A stretch of 64,000 nucleotides of DNA from Bilabrum cf. latius. Taxonomy: Eukaryota. Positions within the stretch are counted from its first letter, which is position 1; each line of letters begins with the position of its first letter. Below, in pieces: positions 61,232 through 64,000 of the stretch. Position numbers and translations under genes: made by a program. Below the pieces are notes generated by a model. It saw only the letters and a program-made list of their open reading frames with translations. It did no database searches and was not told the DNA's origin. The stretch is taken from contig OZ237737.1 of NCBI GenBank assembly GCA_965178125.1, positions 1,612,001-1,676,000 of the forward strand, in the 5' to 3' direction.

Positions 61232-61720
61232 ATGTCTAGTATTTCAGCATCCTAGAGGCTTGCTCGAGGGACCAGAACCAACACCGTTAAGAGTTATTTT
61301 GGTGCGCTGGACGACCCGCGAATCGCAGATGAGGGGGCCGATGTAAAACCGAAGCCGTACAAACGATCGGTAGGAGCGTATGCCGCGGATGCATTGCAGC
61401 ATGGCGAGCTCATGCCCCCGAAGCCGGCGCCAGAGCCGGAAGAGGTCCCACCACCGGAGGAAGAGGACCCGAGGGCGGGCTTGCCGCCACCGTCAATGAC
61501 GACTTCTCAGTCCGCGAAGGAATACATCGAGGCAATGAAGAAGCACACAGCTGTTTCATATGACCCAGAGGATCGCTTCAGCGAGCCGCCAACCTCAAGC
61601 ATGGTGACGGGCTGGGGCGCGCGCAAGGCCCCGCGCGAGCGCTGTCGGCACCCAAAGGTGATCTCAGAGGTGGCCAAGGCGCATGCTTAGCTCATGGCCA
61701 TGCACTCCCAGCACAGCTGA
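61232..61720 (+). CDS. Small protein (~162 aa) with a P.ERF..P.TSS...GW motif, resembling FAM183/SPMIP-type flagellar microtubule inner proteins
   Basis: MSSISAS*RLARG...DPEDRFSEPPTSSMVTGW...AKAHA*LMAMHSQHS then TGA. TAGs at 61253 and 61688. Start and family assignment are tentative. Confidence 0.55.
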
Positions 61721-62650
61721 GGGGGTGAGAGGTGGATGCGCCCCCCTTTCCCTTTCCCCATCCCTATACGCTCGCTAGCACTTGCACTTGCAATGGCAAT
61801 GGCATCGGATGCAGTCGCAGCAGTGGGCCACTGGCAATGGCAGTAGGTCTGGGGGGGGAAGAGCGATCGTCCGCCCTTAGCCCTAGCCCTTCTACGATAG
61901 CTAGAGAAGACCACTGGTCTCTTGCCTTGAATCTGCCGGTAGTGCTAGTAGTGCTAGTGCATGGTGCGGGTGCGGCGTGGCGGGCCAGCCCTCAGTGCCG
62001 ATGGACGCGGAAAGTTGGTGCTAGTAGTTTGCAGTGCAGTCCAAGCTCAGGTATGAAGGTAGTTGCAGGCACGTAAGGACAGCAGCCTGCAGCAGCTCAC
62101 ATATCTGCATGCGTGCACGGTGCATCTGGGCTTGCTTGCTGGCTAGCTGGTTGGCTGCCTTGCTTGCTCTTGCTGGCCGCACCAATCTAGGGTTGATTGC
62201 CTCTCGATCGGTCCGGATGGTATCGGCTCGGCCATGCACCGCGGACAATGGGTTTGCGGGCATGCAGGTGCCAGTGGTCGCTGCGGTGAGCCGCCGCAGC
62301 ATCGAGAAGAGCAGCGCGCACTGAGACGTTGCCGGTCGGTGCGTGCCGCCGGTGTCTCTTCGTGTATATCGTGCATGATTGCATTCGGAACCCATCGAAG
62401 ATTCGCTCGTACTCATTTTCGAAGGTCAAGCGCGCCACGAAAGGCAGCAAGCCACTCGCACCAGCTGCACCACTCCACCGCGCCTGCTGAGGGGCAGCCC
62501 CAGGGGCAACTCTGCTCAACGAACCTTGCGTACCGAACGTTCTCCTTCGGGACAACTGCAACTTGGGGTGGTGCAGGCCAATTAGTCGACGAATCGCCGC
62601 ACGTCTCACGGAATCTGGTAGAATTTTGTTGATCAAGTGGATTCTGTAGG

Positions 62651-64000
62651 ATGGCGTCAGAATCCAAGAGCCAGAATCTGTTTGATTCCGACAGCGAAAA
62701 CGAGACCAAGGGGACAGGGCTGCGCATCAACCAGCGCTATGCTCGGCATTTCGACAAGAGCAGGCGAAGGATGGAGCTCGTCCGTGCCAGACACCTGGGT
62801 CTAGATGTGGACTCGCAGTCGTCCTCTGGCGAGGATGGCAGCGGCTCGTCCAGCGATTCGTCCCTCGATACGGAGGACGAGGAAATGGCCTACAGCAACC
62901 CGCTCACAGACATGAAGATTTTGAGGACCATTCAAGCGATCAGAAACAGAGACTAGCGAATCTACGACCCCAAGGTTGCGTGGTTCGACGGAGAGACCGA
63001 TGCGCTGGGTCCGGGCGCCCTGCCGGCCGAGCGCGAAGGGGACGGCAGCGACGGCGACGAGCCGCTGGCCGCAGCGGGCCGGCGCAAGCGAGTGACGGCC
63101 CGGGATCTCGTGCGTGAGCAAGTGCTGAGCGCGGCTGCCGATGGCCGGGAAGACGCCTTTGCCTCGGACAGCGAGGGCGAGGGCGAGGGCGAAGACGAGG
63201 GCGGCAGCGGCAGCGGCCCCGCCCCCGGCGCTTCCTCTTCTTCCTCCGCGTCCAGCAGCGCCCCCGCCCCTCGCCGCGGCCTGCCCCGGCAGAGCGACAT
63301 GGACGCCCTCGCCTACGACGAGGAGCAGCGGGCCATCCGCGCCGCCTTCTTGCAGTCGGCCGAGGACACGGCTCGGCTGGCGGCGGAGAGCGGGAGCCGC
63401 GCCAGGGAGGGGCCCCCGGAGCGGCGGAGGGAGGACGCGCCCGCGGCCACGGGGCCCAGCCAGGTGCGGTCGGTGGCGGCGGTGCCCCGCGCCGTCCTGG
63501 AGGCGGGTGGGAGGGACGTGGCCGACCTCGTGGGTGGGGGCTCGGCCGGGGCCGGGGCCGGGGCCGAGGACGACGGGGACGGGGCGAGGGACGGGCTGGG
63601 CGGGCTGCTGCGGCCCCGGCGCAAGTCGGCCAAGTCGCACCGGTCCGCCATGGCGCTGAGCGCCCAGCGGTGGCTGGAGTCGTCGCAGGGCAGGGAGGAG
63701 CTGAGGAGGCTGGGGTCGCAGGACCGGCGGCAGCTGGCGGCCTACCTGCAGGAGGGGCCCAGCGACGAGGGGGACGCCTTCTTGAGGGCCTTCCTGCTGG
63801 GCGGGGCCTGGCGCAAAGAGCAGCCGGGTCAGGCGGGAGGCCGTGGGTCAGGCGGTGGGGGCGCGTTCAGGGGCGGTGGGCGCGCGGGCGAGCCGGGGGT
63901 CGGGGGCGATGGTGATGCGGACGAGGACGAGGACAAGGACGAGGACGAGGAAGACGACGGAGGGATGGAGTCGTCCTCTCTGCTTCGCGCCAAGAACAAG
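62651..64000 (+). CDS. KRI1: KRI1 homolog (40S biogenesis), 3'-truncated by the window edge
   Basis: LRINQRYARHFDKSRRRMEL, ILRTIQAIRNRD*RIYDPKVAWF, KRVTARDLVREQVL, AYDEEQRAIRAAF, DEGDAFLRAFLL. After TAG 62954 the frame stays open to the window end. Confidence 0.85.

Noticed and set aside
61750-62640. Possible small minus-strand gene between the 61232 gene and KRI1
   Set aside because: The short ORFs there lack codon bias or motifs even with TAG read as Gln; not supportable.
1825-62956. TAGs as 3' splice sites of tiny in-frame introns
   Set aside because: Conserved protein sequence runs right up to and beyond the TAG (UTP11, AP3B, FOP, fucosidase) with no consistent upstream GT donor. The real acceptors here are CAG.
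1-64000. Genes with internal stops interpreted as pseudogenes or sequencing errors
   Set aside because: All interruptions are TAG, with no TAA, TGA or frameshifts, and they occur in essential genes with intact motifs. Decay or random error would not be codon-specific.
1-64000. Pyrrolysine, programmed read-through, or a recoded phage/bacterial (code 15) origin
   Set aside because: Spliceosomal introns and eukaryote-specific genes show nuclear DNA. No pyl genes are present. TAG contexts share no read-through motif, and up to ~40 TAGs per gene is incompatible with leaky suppression.

Overview
GC-rich, gene-dense nuclear DNA of a eukaryotic microbe, probably a flagellated protist. The composition and gene style recall bicosoecid/stramenopile flagellates, but I cannot confirm the taxon. 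The window holds about 18 protein-coding genes with short GT-AG introns near their 5' ends. The main result is that the genome does not use the standard genetic code. About 93 in-frame TAG codons (hand count) interrupt otherwise intact genes: UTP11, CEP43/FOP, CSN4, AP-3 beta, SKI2, ORC4, KRI1, a GH29 fucosidase, a mitochondrial carrier and a ~5,600-aa membrane protein. Several TAGs sit at conserved Gln positions, or opposite CAG/CAA in internal repeats. All 17 gene ends I could trace are TGA, and no in-frame TAA occurs in any gene model. The best reading is UAG=Gln and UGA=stop, with UAA not used as a sense codon here, i.e. a rare code in which UAG and UAA differ in meaning (equivalent to NCBI table 15). 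The supplied standard-code ORF track therefore fragments or misses most real genes. Homolog motifs quoted below are recalled from memory, not from database searches. No RNA genes, mobile elements or CRISPR arrays were seen.
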